64,000 nt of DNA, taken from positions 6,053 through 70,052 of the forward strand of contig JAJEGM010000020.1 in the NCBI GenBank assembly GCA_022819825.1. Reading direction: 5' to 3'. Source of the DNA: Acidimicrobiia bacterium. Lineage in GTDB: Bacteria > Actinomycetota > Acidimicrobiia > Acidimicrobiales > Bin134. The position numbers were made by a program, and so were the translations under genes. Below, one piece after another: positions 26,809 to 36,524 of the stretch. The number at the start of each line of letters is the position of its first letter. Positions within the stretch are counted from its first letter, which is position 1. The notes under the pieces are model-generated. The model ran no database searches. It had not been told where the DNA came from and saw nothing but the letters and a program-made list of their open reading frames with translations.

Positions 26809-27254
26809 GCCGATTGGGCTCGGCTCTGAGCCTCCTCGGCAATGCCGGCAGCCATCTTCGCTACTGCCGACGCCATGAAACTGCGCAAGATCCCGCCGGT
26901 CAGAGGAATGACGACGTCGAACCAGGAATCCCAGTGAAGCTGGCAGCTTTCGCCCCCCTCGTCGCTCACCAGGATCATTTCGGAGCGGTAGTTTCGTATT
27001 GGCAGCGGCGCGCTCAGCAACCGATAGACCATGCGATGGGGCGGCTCGAAAACGGTGACCTCCTCACGGGTGCTCACCGGGCCGGTCCGGAACGCCCGAA
27101 CCGCCCCCATGCCGTTGGGCTCGGGCGATCCCTCGATTTCCACGTCGACCCGGGAAGCGGGCGTCCACCGGGCATAGAGCTCGTGGCTGGTCATAACCTC
27201 CCAAGCGATCTCCCGAGGAGCCGCTATAGAAGTGGAGGATGAGAAAGTCTGCAT
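26805..27254 (-). CDS. SRPBCC/START-fold protein
   Basis: IAAPRE.AW, G.GAVR and EEVTVFEPP pattern. Confidence 0.8.
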   Translation of the reverse strand: MQTFSSSTSIAAPREIAWEVMTSHELYARWTPASRVDVEIEGSPEPNGMGAVRAFRTGPVSTREEVTVFEPPHRMVYRLLSAPLPIRNYRSEMILVSDEGGESCQLHWDSWFDVVIPLTGGILRSFMASAVAKMAAGIAEEAQSRAQSA

Positions 27255-27266
27255 ATCCGGCTACTG

Positions 27267-28085
27267 CTAACCCAGATATGCGTCGCGCACGGCCGAGTTG
27301 TTGCGGACTTCCTCGGGCGAGCCCTCGCCGATTACCTGGCCCAGGTTCAGCACGGTGATCAGGTCGCACTGGGCCATCACGAAAGCCACGTCGTGCTCCA
27401 CCAGCAGCACCGAGCACTGGTCTTCAGACCGGATGGTCTGGATGATCTGGCCGAGCTGTTCGGCCTCCTCGTGCTCAATGCCGGAGGTGGGCTCGTCCAG
27501 CAGCAGCAGTTTGGGACGGGACACGATGGCTCGACCCAGCTCCACCATGCGGGCTCGCGCAATGGGCAGCTCCCCCGCTGGCGTGTCTTTGATGTCGGTG
27601 AGGCCGCACAATTCCAGCACTTGGTCTACCCGCTCACGCCGCTTCGCCTCGATGCGGCGGCGGGCGGGAAGGGCGATCAGATCGGCGGTGATGCCGCCCC
27701 CACCCCCTTCCCATTCCAGGGCCGACAGCACGTTGTCGGCCACCGACAGCCATCCGAAAGGCTGCTGACGCTGGAAGGTCCGGCGGATACCCCTACGGGC
27801 CCGCCAAGTAGCCGGACGGCCGGTCAGCTCCTCGCCCTCCAAGCGGATGGAGCCGGCTGCCGGGGTGTTCACACCCGTGATGCTGTCGAACAGGGTGGTC
27901 TTGCCCGCGCCGTTGGGACCGATGAGGCCCCTGACCTGGCCGGACGGCACCGACATAGACACGTTGTCCACCGCCACCACGCCACCGAAGCGAACCGTGA
28001 CCCCTTCCACGGCCAAGAGAGGCTGGCCCGACTCGGCGGGGCGATCGGCCACCGCAGTGGCCCCCTCAGTGCTCATCTCCGCCAC
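27267..28085 (-). CDS. LivG-like ABC ATP-binding protein
   Basis: GPNGAGKT, RTFQ, LLLDEP, VEHD; C-terminal AYLG. Confidence 0.9.
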   Translation of the reverse strand: MAEMSTEGATAVADRPAESGQPLLAVEGVTVRFGGVVAVDNVSMSVPSGQVRGLIGPNGAGKTTLFDSITGVNTPAAGSIRLEGEELTGRPATWRARRGIRRTFQRQQPFGWLSVADNVLSALEWEGGGGGITADLIALPARRRIEAKRRERVDQVLELCGLTDIKDTPAGELPIARARMVELGRAIVSRPKLLLLDEPTSGIEHEEAEQLGQIIQTIRSEDQCSVLLVEHDVAFVMAQCDLITVLNLGQVIGEGSPEEVRNNSAVRDAYLG

Positions 28086-28100
28086 GCTACTCCCCCAAAC

Positions 28101-28973
28101 TCACAGGCGGGAGATCACCGCGTCGGCGACGGCAGCCATGGTGTCGCGCTTGAACTCGATGGAGGAAGTGGCCAGCCCGTGGCTGAACAGCCAGGGGACG
28201 ACGTTCAAATCGGTGACTCCCAGCCCCTTGAGCTGCTCCACGTCATCCAGCGTGGGCGTCTGATTGAGCGCCATCATGATGCGGTAGTCGGCGCGGTCGG
28301 CAGTGCCAGCCTCTTGGCGGGCAGCGTGGAGCTGGCCGACCATTTCTTTGAGTTCGCTGATCTCGAAGTTGATGCCCAGCCAGCCGTCCCAGCGGGCCGC
28401 CCGGCGCAGAGCAGGCTTGGACACGCCCCCAATGAGCACGGGTACCGGCTCGGTGGGCACCGGCTCCATCTGCACCGGAGGGAAGTCGTAGAACTCCCCA
28501 GAATGGCTCACCATGCCGTTGGTGGTCAGAAACTTGCGCAGCACCTCCAGCATCTCATCGGTGTGGCGGCCCCGGCGGTGGAAGTCCTGACCGGTGAGCA
28601 GGAACTCGTCCTTCATCCAGCCGACACCGGCGCCCAGCTCCACCCGGTTGCCGCTGAACACTGCGGCAGTGGAGATCAGCTTGGCCACCGAGAACACCTC
28701 CCGTAGCGGGGGGATGTACACCAGGGGCATGAACCGCAACGTGGTGGTGTGCTGGGCCAGCACCGCGGCGGCCATCCACACATCGGGAAAGTCCGTGTTG
28801 GGATCCCACCAGATACTCCCGTCCTCGGAATAGGGGTAGGGCGCCTCGATTGTCTGGGGCGTGACCAGGTGATCGGCAGTGGTCAGCCCGGTGAAACCCA
28901 GCTCTTCGGCAGCCACGGCGATGTCGACCAACTGCTCTGTCTCTGCAAACGCAATGCTCTGCCAAACGCGCAT
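28101..28973 (-). CDS. LLM-class (probably F420-dependent) oxidoreductase
   Basis: AEELGF...ADH, ELGAGVGW..EF and GG.S..ALRRAAR.DGW motifs. Confidence 0.85.
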   Translation of the reverse strand: MRVWQSIAFAETEQLVDIAVAAEELGFTGLTTADHLVTPQTIEAPYPYSEDGSIWWDPNTDFPDVWMAAAVLAQHTTTLRFMPLVYIPPLREVFSVAKLISTAAVFSGNRVELGAGVGWMKDEFLLTGQDFHRRGRHTDEMLEVLRKFLTTNGMVSHSGEFYDFPPVQMEPVPTEPVPVLIGGVSKPALRRAARWDGWLGINFEISELKEMVGQLHAARQEAGTADRADYRIMMALNQTPTLDDVEQLKGLGVTDLNVVPWLFSHGLATSSIEFKRDTMAAVADAVISRL

Positions 28974-29065
28974 GGATCCCTCCGTGTTGCTGTTGTCGTC
29001 GCCGCAGCGTAGCCCGCCCGGTGACTGGAGAGGTCAGGGTGATAGGGGCTCGCGGTCGACGCGGT

Positions 29066-30046
29066 TCAGATGCCCAGGGCGGCGGCGATTCGGTTCCGAT
29101 GCCAGGCGGCGTCGCCCCAAGCGGCTGACAGGGCCCAGCCCCGCTTCATCCACAGATGCAGGTCGTATTCGAAGGTGTAGCCGATGGCACCGTGGCACTG
29201 GAGGGCAGTGCGGGCGGCCAAGTCCACCGCTTCAGAGGCCAAAGCCTTGGCCAGCGACACATCCCGGCTGCGGTCGGGATCGCCGGCGGCGATGCACCAA
29301 GCGGCATGGCGGGCCGTAGGGCGGGCGAACTCGATCTTGAGGGCGGCGTTGGCCAGGTGGTGCTTGACCGCCTGGTAGCTGCCCACCGGCTTGCCGAACT
29401 GATAGCGCTGAGCCACGTACTCCACGGTGGCGTCCAACAAGTGCTGGGCTACGCCCACGCACTGGGCGGCAGCGGCCCCGGCGGCCCGGTCGAAGGCCAG
29501 CCCGGGATCGGCATCCAGCACCACCTCTTCACCGTCCACCTCGAACAGGCGACGGGACCAGTCAACCGACTGATGCTCGACCAGCGACGCTCCTGCTACC
29601 GGCACGGCCCGGATCTGATCACCGATGAGCAGCACTAAATCGCTGGTCGCCGCCCCTACCGCATAGCCCCCATCGGCGCCCGCGCCCAGGGTTGCCTCCC
29701 CTGCTACGGCCTGCTCCAACCAGGCTTCGGCAATGGAGCCGCCCGCCTCGGCCAGGGTGGGAATGCCCACTGCGGTGTGCTCCAGCAGGGGCTCGGGCAA
29801 AGCAGCCCGTCCGGCCTCCTCCAGAAGCAGCACCAAGTCGGTCTCGTCCATCCCCAATCCGCCAGCCGACTCAGGGGCGGTCATGCCCACCACGCCCATC
29901 TCGGCCAGCGCTCTCCACAGGCCGTCGGTTCGGCCGGTGTCGTTCTCCCAAGCCGATCTCACCACCTCCGGCGGGCATTCGTTGGCCAAGAGGTCCCGCA
30001 CCGCCTCTTGGAACATGATCTGGTCGTCGCTGAACGAGAAATCCAC
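29066..30046 (-). CDS. Acyl-CoA dehydrogenase (FadE32-like)
   Basis: QFGKPVGSYQAVKHHLA; LQCHGAIGYT.EYDL; ipd operon context. Confidence 0.88.
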   Translation of the reverse strand: MDFSFSDDQIMFQEAVRDLLANECPPEVVRSAWENDTGRTDGLWRALAEMGVVGMTAPESAGGLGMDETDLVLLLEEAGRAALPEPLLEHTAVGIPTLAEAGGSIAEAWLEQAVAGEATLGAGADGGYAVGAATSDLVLLIGDQIRAVPVAGASLVEHQSVDWSRRLFEVDGEEVVLDADPGLAFDRAAGAAAAQCVGVAQHLLDATVEYVAQRYQFGKPVGSYQAVKHHLANAALKIEFARPTARHAAWCIAAGDPDRSRDVSLAKALASEAVDLAARTALQCHGAIGYTFEYDLHLWMKRGWALSAAWGDAAWHRNRIAAALGI

Positions 30047-30048
30047 GT

Positions 30049-31191
30049 CTACCGCCTCGGGAGTCCCAGAACCCGCTCAGAGATGATGTTTCTCTGGATC
30101 TCGTTGGTGCCGGCGTAGATCGGACCGGACAGTGCGAACACATAGCCGTCCATCCACGAGCTGTCGACCCGCTCCCCGTCGCGGCCCAGCAGCCGCAGGG
30201 CGGTGGCGTGCAGCTCCACATCCAGCTCCGACCACAGCACCTTCATGAAGCTGGCCTCCGAGCCGATGGGGGCACCGCCCCGCAGGCGGGCCTCGGTGGC
30301 GTAGGTCTGCCAGCGGTAGGCCTGGGCCCCCATCCAGGCGCCCACTACTTGGTCTCGGCGATCCAGATCGGGGCTCCCGCTGTCGGCCAGCTCCTGGTAG
30401 AGGCCCACCAGACGGTCGGCCGCGGCCATGAACCGGCCCGGCGCCCGCAGGTTCAGACCCCGCTCGCTGCCGGTGGTGGCCATGGCCACCGCCCATCCCT
30501 CGCCTTCGCCGCCCAGCAGGTAGCGCTCGTGTACCCGGGCGCCATCGAAGAACAGCTCGGCGAAACCGGGCTCGCCGTCCAGGCGGCCGATTGCCCGGGC
30601 CTCGAGCCCTTCGGTATCGGCCGGAACCAGCAAATAACTGAGTCCGGCATGACGCTCAGAGTCGGGATCTGTGCGCACCAAACAGAAGAACCAGTCGGCG
30701 AAAGCCCCCCGAGAACACCAGGTTTTCTGGCCGTCGATCACGAAGTATTCGCCGTCGCGCTGCGCCTTGGTTTTGATCCCGGCCAGGTCGGATCCGGCAT
30801 CGGGCTCCGACCAGCCCTGAGCCCAGATCTCGTCGCCTCGGGCCATGGGTCGCAGAAAGCGATCCTGCTGGTCAGGGGTGCCGAAGTCGAAGATGGTGGG
30901 GGCCAAGAGGCTCACCCCGTTGGACGAAACCCGTCCCGGTGCGCCCGATGCCCAATACTCCTCCTCGAAGATGAGCCACTCCACCAGCGGCGCCTCCCGG
31001 CCGCCGTAGCGCTCGGGCCACGACACCACCGCCCACCCGGCATCGAACAAGATATGCTCCCACTCGCGGTGCTCCTCGAAGCCGTCCGGGGTGTCCATGG
31101 ATGCCAGCGGCTCAGCGGGCACGTTCTCGGCCAGCCATGTGCGGGCCTCGTCCCGGAACTCCTCCTCCGCCGGGGTGAACGACAGATCCAT
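30049..31191 (-). CDS. Acyl-CoA dehydrogenase (FadE31-like)
   Basis: WAQGWSEPDAGSDL; GPIYAGTNEIQRN; ipd operon context. Confidence 0.9.
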   Translation of the reverse strand: MDLSFTPAEEEFRDEARTWLAENVPAEPLASMDTPDGFEEHREWEHILFDAGWAVVSWPERYGGREAPLVEWLIFEEEYWASGAPGRVSSNGVSLLAPTIFDFGTPDQQDRFLRPMARGDEIWAQGWSEPDAGSDLAGIKTKAQRDGEYFVIDGQKTWCSRGAFADWFFCLVRTDPDSERHAGLSYLLVPADTEGLEARAIGRLDGEPGFAELFFDGARVHERYLLGGEGEGWAVAMATTGSERGLNLRAPGRFMAAADRLVGLYQELADSGSPDLDRRDQVVGAWMGAQAYRWQTYATEARLRGGAPIGSEASFMKVLWSELDVELHATALRLLGRDGERVDSSWMDGYVFALSGPIYAGTNEIQRNIISERVLGLPRR

Positions 31192-31203
31192 CAGCGCAAA
31201 ACT

Positions 31204-32286
31204 CTACGGATTGCTGGGCGTTGGGCCCGAACCGGCCAGGCGATCCAAGACTTCGGTGGCTTCGGCGACGATGGAGTCGATGATCTCCTGGCAGCTGGGG
31301 AGGCCGTCGATATTGCCCACCACCTGGCCGGTGGGCAGGATGCCGACCTCGGGGTGGCCGTCGACCATGGCGGCCTTGGTCATCATGGGGGCGTTGGCCG
31401 CCATCGCCATTTGGGCCCAAGTGAGGCCCAGGCTGCGACGCATGGCCAAGCCCTCTGACAGGAGCTGGCGGTAGCCCACCCCGGTCAGGGCTCGGAACCG
31501 GAGCGCGTTGCGGGCGGCCCGGACGAACGACAGCGGTCCCGAGCGCTCCAGCCGGGAGATCACGTCGGTGTTGATCACCCGCTGGGGCACGCCGTCTACC
31601 GCGGTGGTCACTACCGTGCCGGTGAGCTTGGTGTCGAGGTAGACGGCCTTGACATGGTCGGGCACATCGCTGTCGGACGACAGCAGAAATCTGGTGCCCA
31701 TGGCAACGCCGTCGGCTCCGAACGCCAGGGCCGCGGCCAGGGAGCGGCCGTCCACCATGCCGCCCGCGGCGATGACCGGGATGTCCACCGTGTCGACGAC
31801 CGCGGGCAGCAGCAAAGATGTGGCAATGGGGCCGGTGTGGCCCCCGCCCTCGGCCCCTTGGGCGATGACCGCGTCGACCCCCCAGGCGGCCACTTTCTCT
31901 GCATGGCGGGGGGCTCCGATGGTGGGAACCACCACCACTCCGGCGTCCTTTAGCTTCTTGACCGTCGCCTCGCCTGGGGCCTGGGCGAAGCTGGCCACCG
32001 GGATCTGCGCCGCGATGATGTGGTCCACCCGGCGGTCGATGTCGGCCGCGTCGGTGCGGAGGTTTACACCGAAGGGCCGGTCGGTGGCATCGGCCACGGC
32101 ATCGATGGTCTCGACCATCTGATCAAAGGTGAGCGGCGCGGCGGCAATGATGCCCAGGCCGCCGGCGTTGGAGGTGGCTGCGGTCAGCCGGGCTCCTGAC
32201 ACCCATCCCATTCCGGTTTGGACGATGGGGTACTCCACCCCGAACAGCTCGCACGCCCGGGTTTGGAGGCGAGGATCGGCGCTCAT
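31204..32286 (-). CDS. ipdC: IpdC-like FMN enoyl-CoA reductase (nitronate monooxygenase fold)
   Basis: PIVQTGMGWV, QGAEGGGHTG and MAANAPM motifs; follows ipdB. Confidence 0.8.
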   Translation of the reverse strand: MSADPRLQTRACELFGVEYPIVQTGMGWVSGARLTAATSNAGGLGIIAAAPLTFDQMVETIDAVADATDRPFGVNLRTDAADIDRRVDHIIAAQIPVASFAQAPGEATVKKLKDAGVVVVPTIGAPRHAEKVAAWGVDAVIAQGAEGGGHTGPIATSLLLPAVVDTVDIPVIAAGGMVDGRSLAAALAFGADGVAMGTRFLLSSDSDVPDHVKAVYLDTKLTGTVVTTAVDGVPQRVINTDVISRLERSGPLSFVRAARNALRFRALTGVGYRQLLSEGLAMRRSLGLTWAQMAMAANAPMMTKAAMVDGHPEVGILPTGQVVGNIDGLPSCQEIIDSIVAEATEVLDRLAGSGPTPSNP

Positions 32287-32293
32287 CAGAGGC

Positions 32294-33061
32294 TCAGCGG
32301 AACTCGGCTTTTCGAGCGCCGCCGGGGTCGAGCACCTCGCGGATCAGGTGAAGCTCTTCCTCAGACGGCAAACGGGTCTCGGCCACCTCGTCGGTGCCGG
32401 CTAGCTCGAACGCGGTGGCCTCTACCACTTGCTCCACGGTCACACCAGGGTGAAGCGAGGCGATCCTCATGCGGTTGTCGTCGGTCTGGAAGTCGAACAC
32501 CCCGAGGTTGGACACCACCCGGCGCACCTCGTGGAAGCGGTTGCTCGGCGAGCCGAGCGCCCGCATCCGGTCGTACCCCGGCCCCGACACCACGTCCACC
32601 GACGCCACGAATGAGCGGGTGGAGTGGTTGGGCACCCAATAGCTGGTGGTGTGGTTGACCAGGTTGCCCGGGGCGCCCCGCAAGCCGAGGAGCTGGGCCT
32701 TGGGCTGGCGGAAGTCGCCGATGGCAGCGATGTTCTGGTTGCCCCACTGATCGATCTGGCTGGCGCCCATCAACACATGGCGCTTGCCCGACCACACAAT
32801 GTCGAACACGGTGCGGTAGGGCACCCACGACTCCACCACCTTGGGAGCGTCGGGATCGCCCACCGGAAAGTTGTTGGCCGGCAGCACCGCCACGGTGTCG
32901 GTGTACACCAGATCGGGCTCGAAGGTGGCCCGGGCCAGCCGGCCGCCCACAATGGGCACGGTGCCGATCGGATTGCACAGGATCTCGCCGTCGCCCCGGA
33001 AGGCCTCGGCACAGGCCACCACACAGATTTCGTCGATGGTTGCTTCGGCGATGCTGCTCAT
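32294..33061 (-). CDS. ipdB: IpdB, CoA-transferase-fold ring-cleaving hydrolase beta subunit
   Basis: MGASQIDQWGNQN, RGAPGN and TSYWVP motifs; ATGA overlap with ipdA. Confidence 0.85.
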   Translation of the reverse strand: MSSIAEATIDEICVVACAEAFRGDGEILCNPIGTVPIVGGRLARATFEPDLVYTDTVAVLPANNFPVGDPDAPKVVESWVPYRTVFDIVWSGKRHVLMGASQIDQWGNQNIAAIGDFRQPKAQLLGLRGAPGNLVNHTTSYWVPNHSTRSFVASVDVVSGPGYDRMRALGSPSNRFHEVRRVVSNLGVFDFQTDDNRMRIASLHPGVTVEQVVEATAFELAGTDEVAETRLPSEEELHLIREVLDPGGARKAEFR

Positions 33062-33912
33062 GACCGGGCCTCCAGCGCCTTCAAGTAGTCCGCATGGGAA
33101 GGAGCTTCGAGGTAGGTGGCCCGGAACGCCTCCCACGCCTCGGGGTCGCGGGCGGTGGCGGCGTACTCCCGCTGGAAGGCCTCGTCGCGCCCATAGTCGG
33201 GCGGGCACTCGGTGAAGTGCGCCCCTCGCGGGGCCTCCACCACGCCGTCGGTGAAGATGCGCTGGATGCGCAGCGTGTGTACCGATCCCACGTCGAGAAG
33301 GCTCTCGGTGGGCACAATCTTCTCGGTGCTCAGGTAGGTCTTGTCGGCGGCCATGGCAAACAGGTCGTCGAAGTACAGGTCGGGCCCCAAGAACTGGCCG
33401 TTGCCGGCGGCATCGGCCCGGTTCATGTGGATCAACGCGGCGTCAAGCTTGAAGGCAGGGATGGCCACCAGCTCCTCCCCGTCGTCATAGGGCGAGGTCA
33501 CCGTGCGCAGCTCGGGGTTCATTGTCAGCATGTCGGAGCCCAGACCGGCCCGGGTGGGATAGAACGGAACCCGGTGTGAGGCGGCCAGAAGCCCCAGGTA
33601 GAAGGCGCCCTCGTCCAGTTCGGTGAACTCGATGGCCCCGCTCTGGCGAGCCTGGCGGAAATGGGGCTCCAGCGGGATGGAGTCGAGCGAGACGAACCCG
33701 TACACCGCCCGGCGCAGCTTGCCCGCCGCGCACAGCAGCCCGATGTCGGGTCCTCCGTAGGCCACCACGGTGAGGTCCTTCAGATCAGAGCGCAGAATGG
33801 CCCGCACCAACGACATGGGCTTGCGCCGGGACCCCCAGCCGCCGATGCCGATGGTCATCCCGTCCTTGAGCTCGGAGACGACTTCGTCTTCGGTCATCCG
33901 CTTGTCGACCAT
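33058..33912 (-). CDS. ipdA: IpdA, ring-cleaving hydrolase alpha subunit
   Basis: GIGGWGSRRKPM, GFVSLDSIPLEP and GAHFT motifs; TATCGT 7 nt before ATG 33912. Confidence 0.88.
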   Translation of the reverse strand: MVDKRMTEDEVVSELKDGMTIGIGGWGSRRKPMSLVRAILRSDLKDLTVVAYGGPDIGLLCAAGKLRRAVYGFVSLDSIPLEPHFRQARQSGAIEFTELDEGAFYLGLLAASHRVPFYPTRAGLGSDMLTMNPELRTVTSPYDDGEELVAIPAFKLDAALIHMNRADAAGNGQFLGPDLYFDDLFAMAADKTYLSTEKIVPTESLLDVGSVHTLRIQRIFTDGVVEAPRGAHFTECPPDYGRDEAFQREYAATARDPEAWEAFRATYLEAPSHADYLKALEARS

Positions 33913-34069
33913 GGCGGCGACGATAGCCCGCTCCTGTGACCCGGCCCACACTGGCAGAACAGGTCCCGCCCACCCCATGCCCGACACGGTCGGTGCAGGT
34001 GTGCGGGCAGAACAGCCTCCTTCGGCGCGGTCATGGTCCCAGCAGCCCCCATAAGGCACACTGGCAGCA

Positions 34070-34858
34070 ATGGATGACCTCGATTTCACCGGCAAGACCG
34101 CCATCATCACCGGTGGCACCAAGGGGCTGGGCCGGGGGATGGCCACCCGCTTCCTAGCTGCGGGCGCCGATGTGGTGATCTGCGCCCGCCGCCCGCCGGA
34201 GGAGCCGGTGGCCTCCGATGGCCGAGAGGCGCGGTTCGTGGCCGCCGACGTGCGGGATCCCGAGCAGATCGCTGGCGTGGTGGAGGCCGCCGTGGAACAC
34301 ACCGGGCGGGTCGACACCCTCATCAACAACGCTGGCGGCGCTCCCCCGGCCGAATCGGCCACGGTGTCACCCCGGTTCAACGAGAAGATCGTGGCCTTGA
34401 ACCTGATGGCCCCGATGGCGTTCAGCCAGGCCGTGTATCCCGTGATGCAGAACCAGGACAGCGGCGGGGTGATCCTGAACATCTCGTCGGTGTCGGGCAT
34501 CCGGCCCAATCCCATGGGGATCGCCTACGGGGCGGCCAAGGCCGGGCTGTTGAACCTAAGCGAGACGCTGGCGGTGGAGTGGGGGCCCAAGATCCGGGTG
34601 CTGACCGTGACGGTGGGGCTGATTGTGACTGATGATGCCTACCTCTACTACGGCGACGAGGCGGGAATCGCCGCGGTGGGCGAGACCATCGCCTTGGGCC
34701 GCATGGGCCAGCCCGATGACGTGGCCGATGTGTGCCTGTTCTTGGCTTCGCCCATGGCCCGGTGGATGTCCGGGGCCAACATCAAGGTCCACGGCGGCGG
34801 GGAGAAGCCGGCCTATCTGGGCGTATCCACCGGCGAGGTGGCCGCTGAGGAAGGCTGA
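34070..34858 (+). CDS. SDR oxidoreductase (steroid-cluster type)
   Basis: TGGTKGLG, NNAGG, YGAAK; C-terminal VHGGGE. Confidence 0.9.
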   Translation: MDDLDFTGKTAIITGGTKGLGRGMATRFLAAGADVVICARRPPEEPVASDGREARFVAADVRDPEQIAGVVEAAVEHTGRVDTLINNAGGAPPAESATVSPRFNEKIVALNLMAPMAFSQAVYPVMQNQDSGGVILNISSVSGIRPNPMGIAYGAAKAGLLNLSETLAVEWGPKIRVLTVTVGLIVTDDAYLYYGDEAGIAAVGETIALGRMGQPDDVADVCLFLASPMARWMSGANIKVHGGGEKPAYLGVSTGEVAAEEG

Positions 34859-34868
34859 CTGCCCTGCC

Positions 34869-35771
34869 ATGGCGGTGAGCATCCCGTTTGTGACCGAGCC
34901 GGAGGTGGACTACGGCGCGGTGGTGGAGATGGCCCCCGGTCTGCGCCGGGTGGTGGCCAACAACCCGGGCAAGTTCACCTACCGGGGCACCGGCACTTAC
35001 ATCGTGGGCCAGGGCCGGGTGGCCATAGTCGATCCCGGCCCCGACGACGCCGATCACATCTCAGCGGTGCTGGCCGCGGTGGACGGTGAGCAGGTGGAGG
35101 CCCTGCTCATCACCCACACTCACCGGGATCACTCCCCCGCTTCGCACGCGGTGTCCGAGACCACCGGTGCCCCGGCCTATGGTTTCGGCCCCCATCCGCC
35201 TGCTGATGACGACGACGGCAAGAGCGAAGAGAGGGGTGATCTCCGGTTTGCTCCCGATGAGGCGGTGGTCCACGGGGATGTGGTGGAGGGACCGGGTTGG
35301 AGCTTCGAGTGCCTGTACACCCCAGGCCACATCTCCAACCACATCGCCTACCGCTGGCGGGAAGCGGGCGGAGTGTTCACCGGCGATCACATCATGGGCT
35401 GGTCCACCACCATCGTCCCCCCGCCCGACGGCAACATGACCGACTACCTGGCCAGCCTGCGGCTCTTAGCCGAGTCCCCCGACGACCGGGTGTACTGGCC
35501 CACCCACGGCCCACCGGTCACCAAGCCCCACGCTCTGGTGGAGGCCCTATATGCCCACCGCCTGGACCGGGAGCGCCAAATCCTGGAGTGCCTGGCCACC
35601 GGGCCGCAGACCATCACCGAGATGGTGAAAGTGATGTACGCCGACGTGGCCCCCGAGCTGCACGAGCCCGCGGCCCGCTCGGTGCTGGCCCATCTCATCG
35701 CCATGACAGGCGATGGCCGGGTAAACACCGACAGCGAGGCCACCGCCGAGGCGGTGTACTACCGGGAGTAG
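34869..35771 (+). CDS. MBL-fold metallo-hydrolase
   Basis: THTHRDH, TPGH, FTGDH and PTHG motifs. Confidence 0.9.
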   Translation: MAVSIPFVTEPEVDYGAVVEMAPGLRRVVANNPGKFTYRGTGTYIVGQGRVAIVDPGPDDADHISAVLAAVDGEQVEALLITHTHRDHSPASHAVSETTGAPAYGFGPHPPADDDDGKSEERGDLRFAPDEAVVHGDVVEGPGWSFECLYTPGHISNHIAYRWREAGGVFTGDHIMGWSTTIVPPPDGNMTDYLASLRLLAESPDDRVYWPTHGPPVTKPHALVEALYAHRLDRERQILECLATGPQTITEMVKVMYADVAPELHEPAARSVLAHLIAMTGDGRVNTDSEATAEAVYYRE

Positions 35772-35812
35772 AAATACGGCGAGCGCTGCCGGCGCACCGT
35801 CGGGCTGTTCAA

Positions 35813-36508
35813 CTACGAGACGCTCGTTGAAGGCTCATTCAAATAGCAAGCAACCAGAGCCGACGCCACCTCGTCTTGCGCCTTCCCGAAGCCTTCACCT
35901 GTGTCGACCACCATCGCGTCCCTCACGACGTCCCGCAGCCCTTCAACTGAGATTTGGGAGGCGATGCATCTGGCCCGATCCATCGGCTCACCCTCCGCCA
36001 TCAATACGTTGACCACAAAGTTCCGCCAGTCGACGCAGCCCAAAGCCAGATTCTCAAGATCAAACGCCTCTCGATCAGAAATGTCGAACCAGTCCCCGAA
36101 CACAAACAAACCCGGTTGCTGGTATGCCTCAGCAAACGAGCCCGGATTGAGTCCCAGCTCGCCAAGCCGTTCGTCGGTGAATACGGCAAATGCTCCCTCG
36201 GCCAGGCAATTGATCTCCTGTCGCGTCATGTAGGTGGTGACCAGTTCGTCTTCCAAGACCAGCTTCGCAAACGTATCGGCCAGCTCTTGCCTATTTGACG
36301 CGGGCGGATCGCCATGTTCCCCCTGCTCACCAATCTCGGAGCCAGCGGCTTCGGCAGACGATGAGCCAGGGGCTTCAACCGCCTCAGTGGGTTGGACCGC
36401 GGGAGCCTGGGTTGCCGACACGGACGGTGCGCTGTCCTCGCTATCACTCGAGCAGGCCATCGCCATGAGAGCTACAAGGATTATCGGGAAGAACCAGCTT
36501 CGACGCAT
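35813..36508 (-). CDS. Lipoprotein with Cys-containing helical repeats
   Basis: Lipobox MAMAC-SSDSEDSAP; paralogous to the N-half of 36525-37979. Confidence 0.75.
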   Translation of the reverse strand: MRRSWFFPIILVALMAMACSSDSEDSAPSVSATQAPAVQPTEAVEAPGSSSAEAAGSEIGEQGEHGDPPASNRQELADTFAKLVLEDELVTTYMTRQEINCLAEGAFAVFTDERLGELGLNPGSFAEAYQQPGLFVFGDWFDISDREAFDLENLALGCVDWRNFVVNVLMAEGEPMDRARCIASQISVEGLRDVVRDAMVVDTGEGFGKAQDEVASALVACYLNEPSTSVS

Positions 36509-36524
36509 TAGGACGGGTTCCGGG

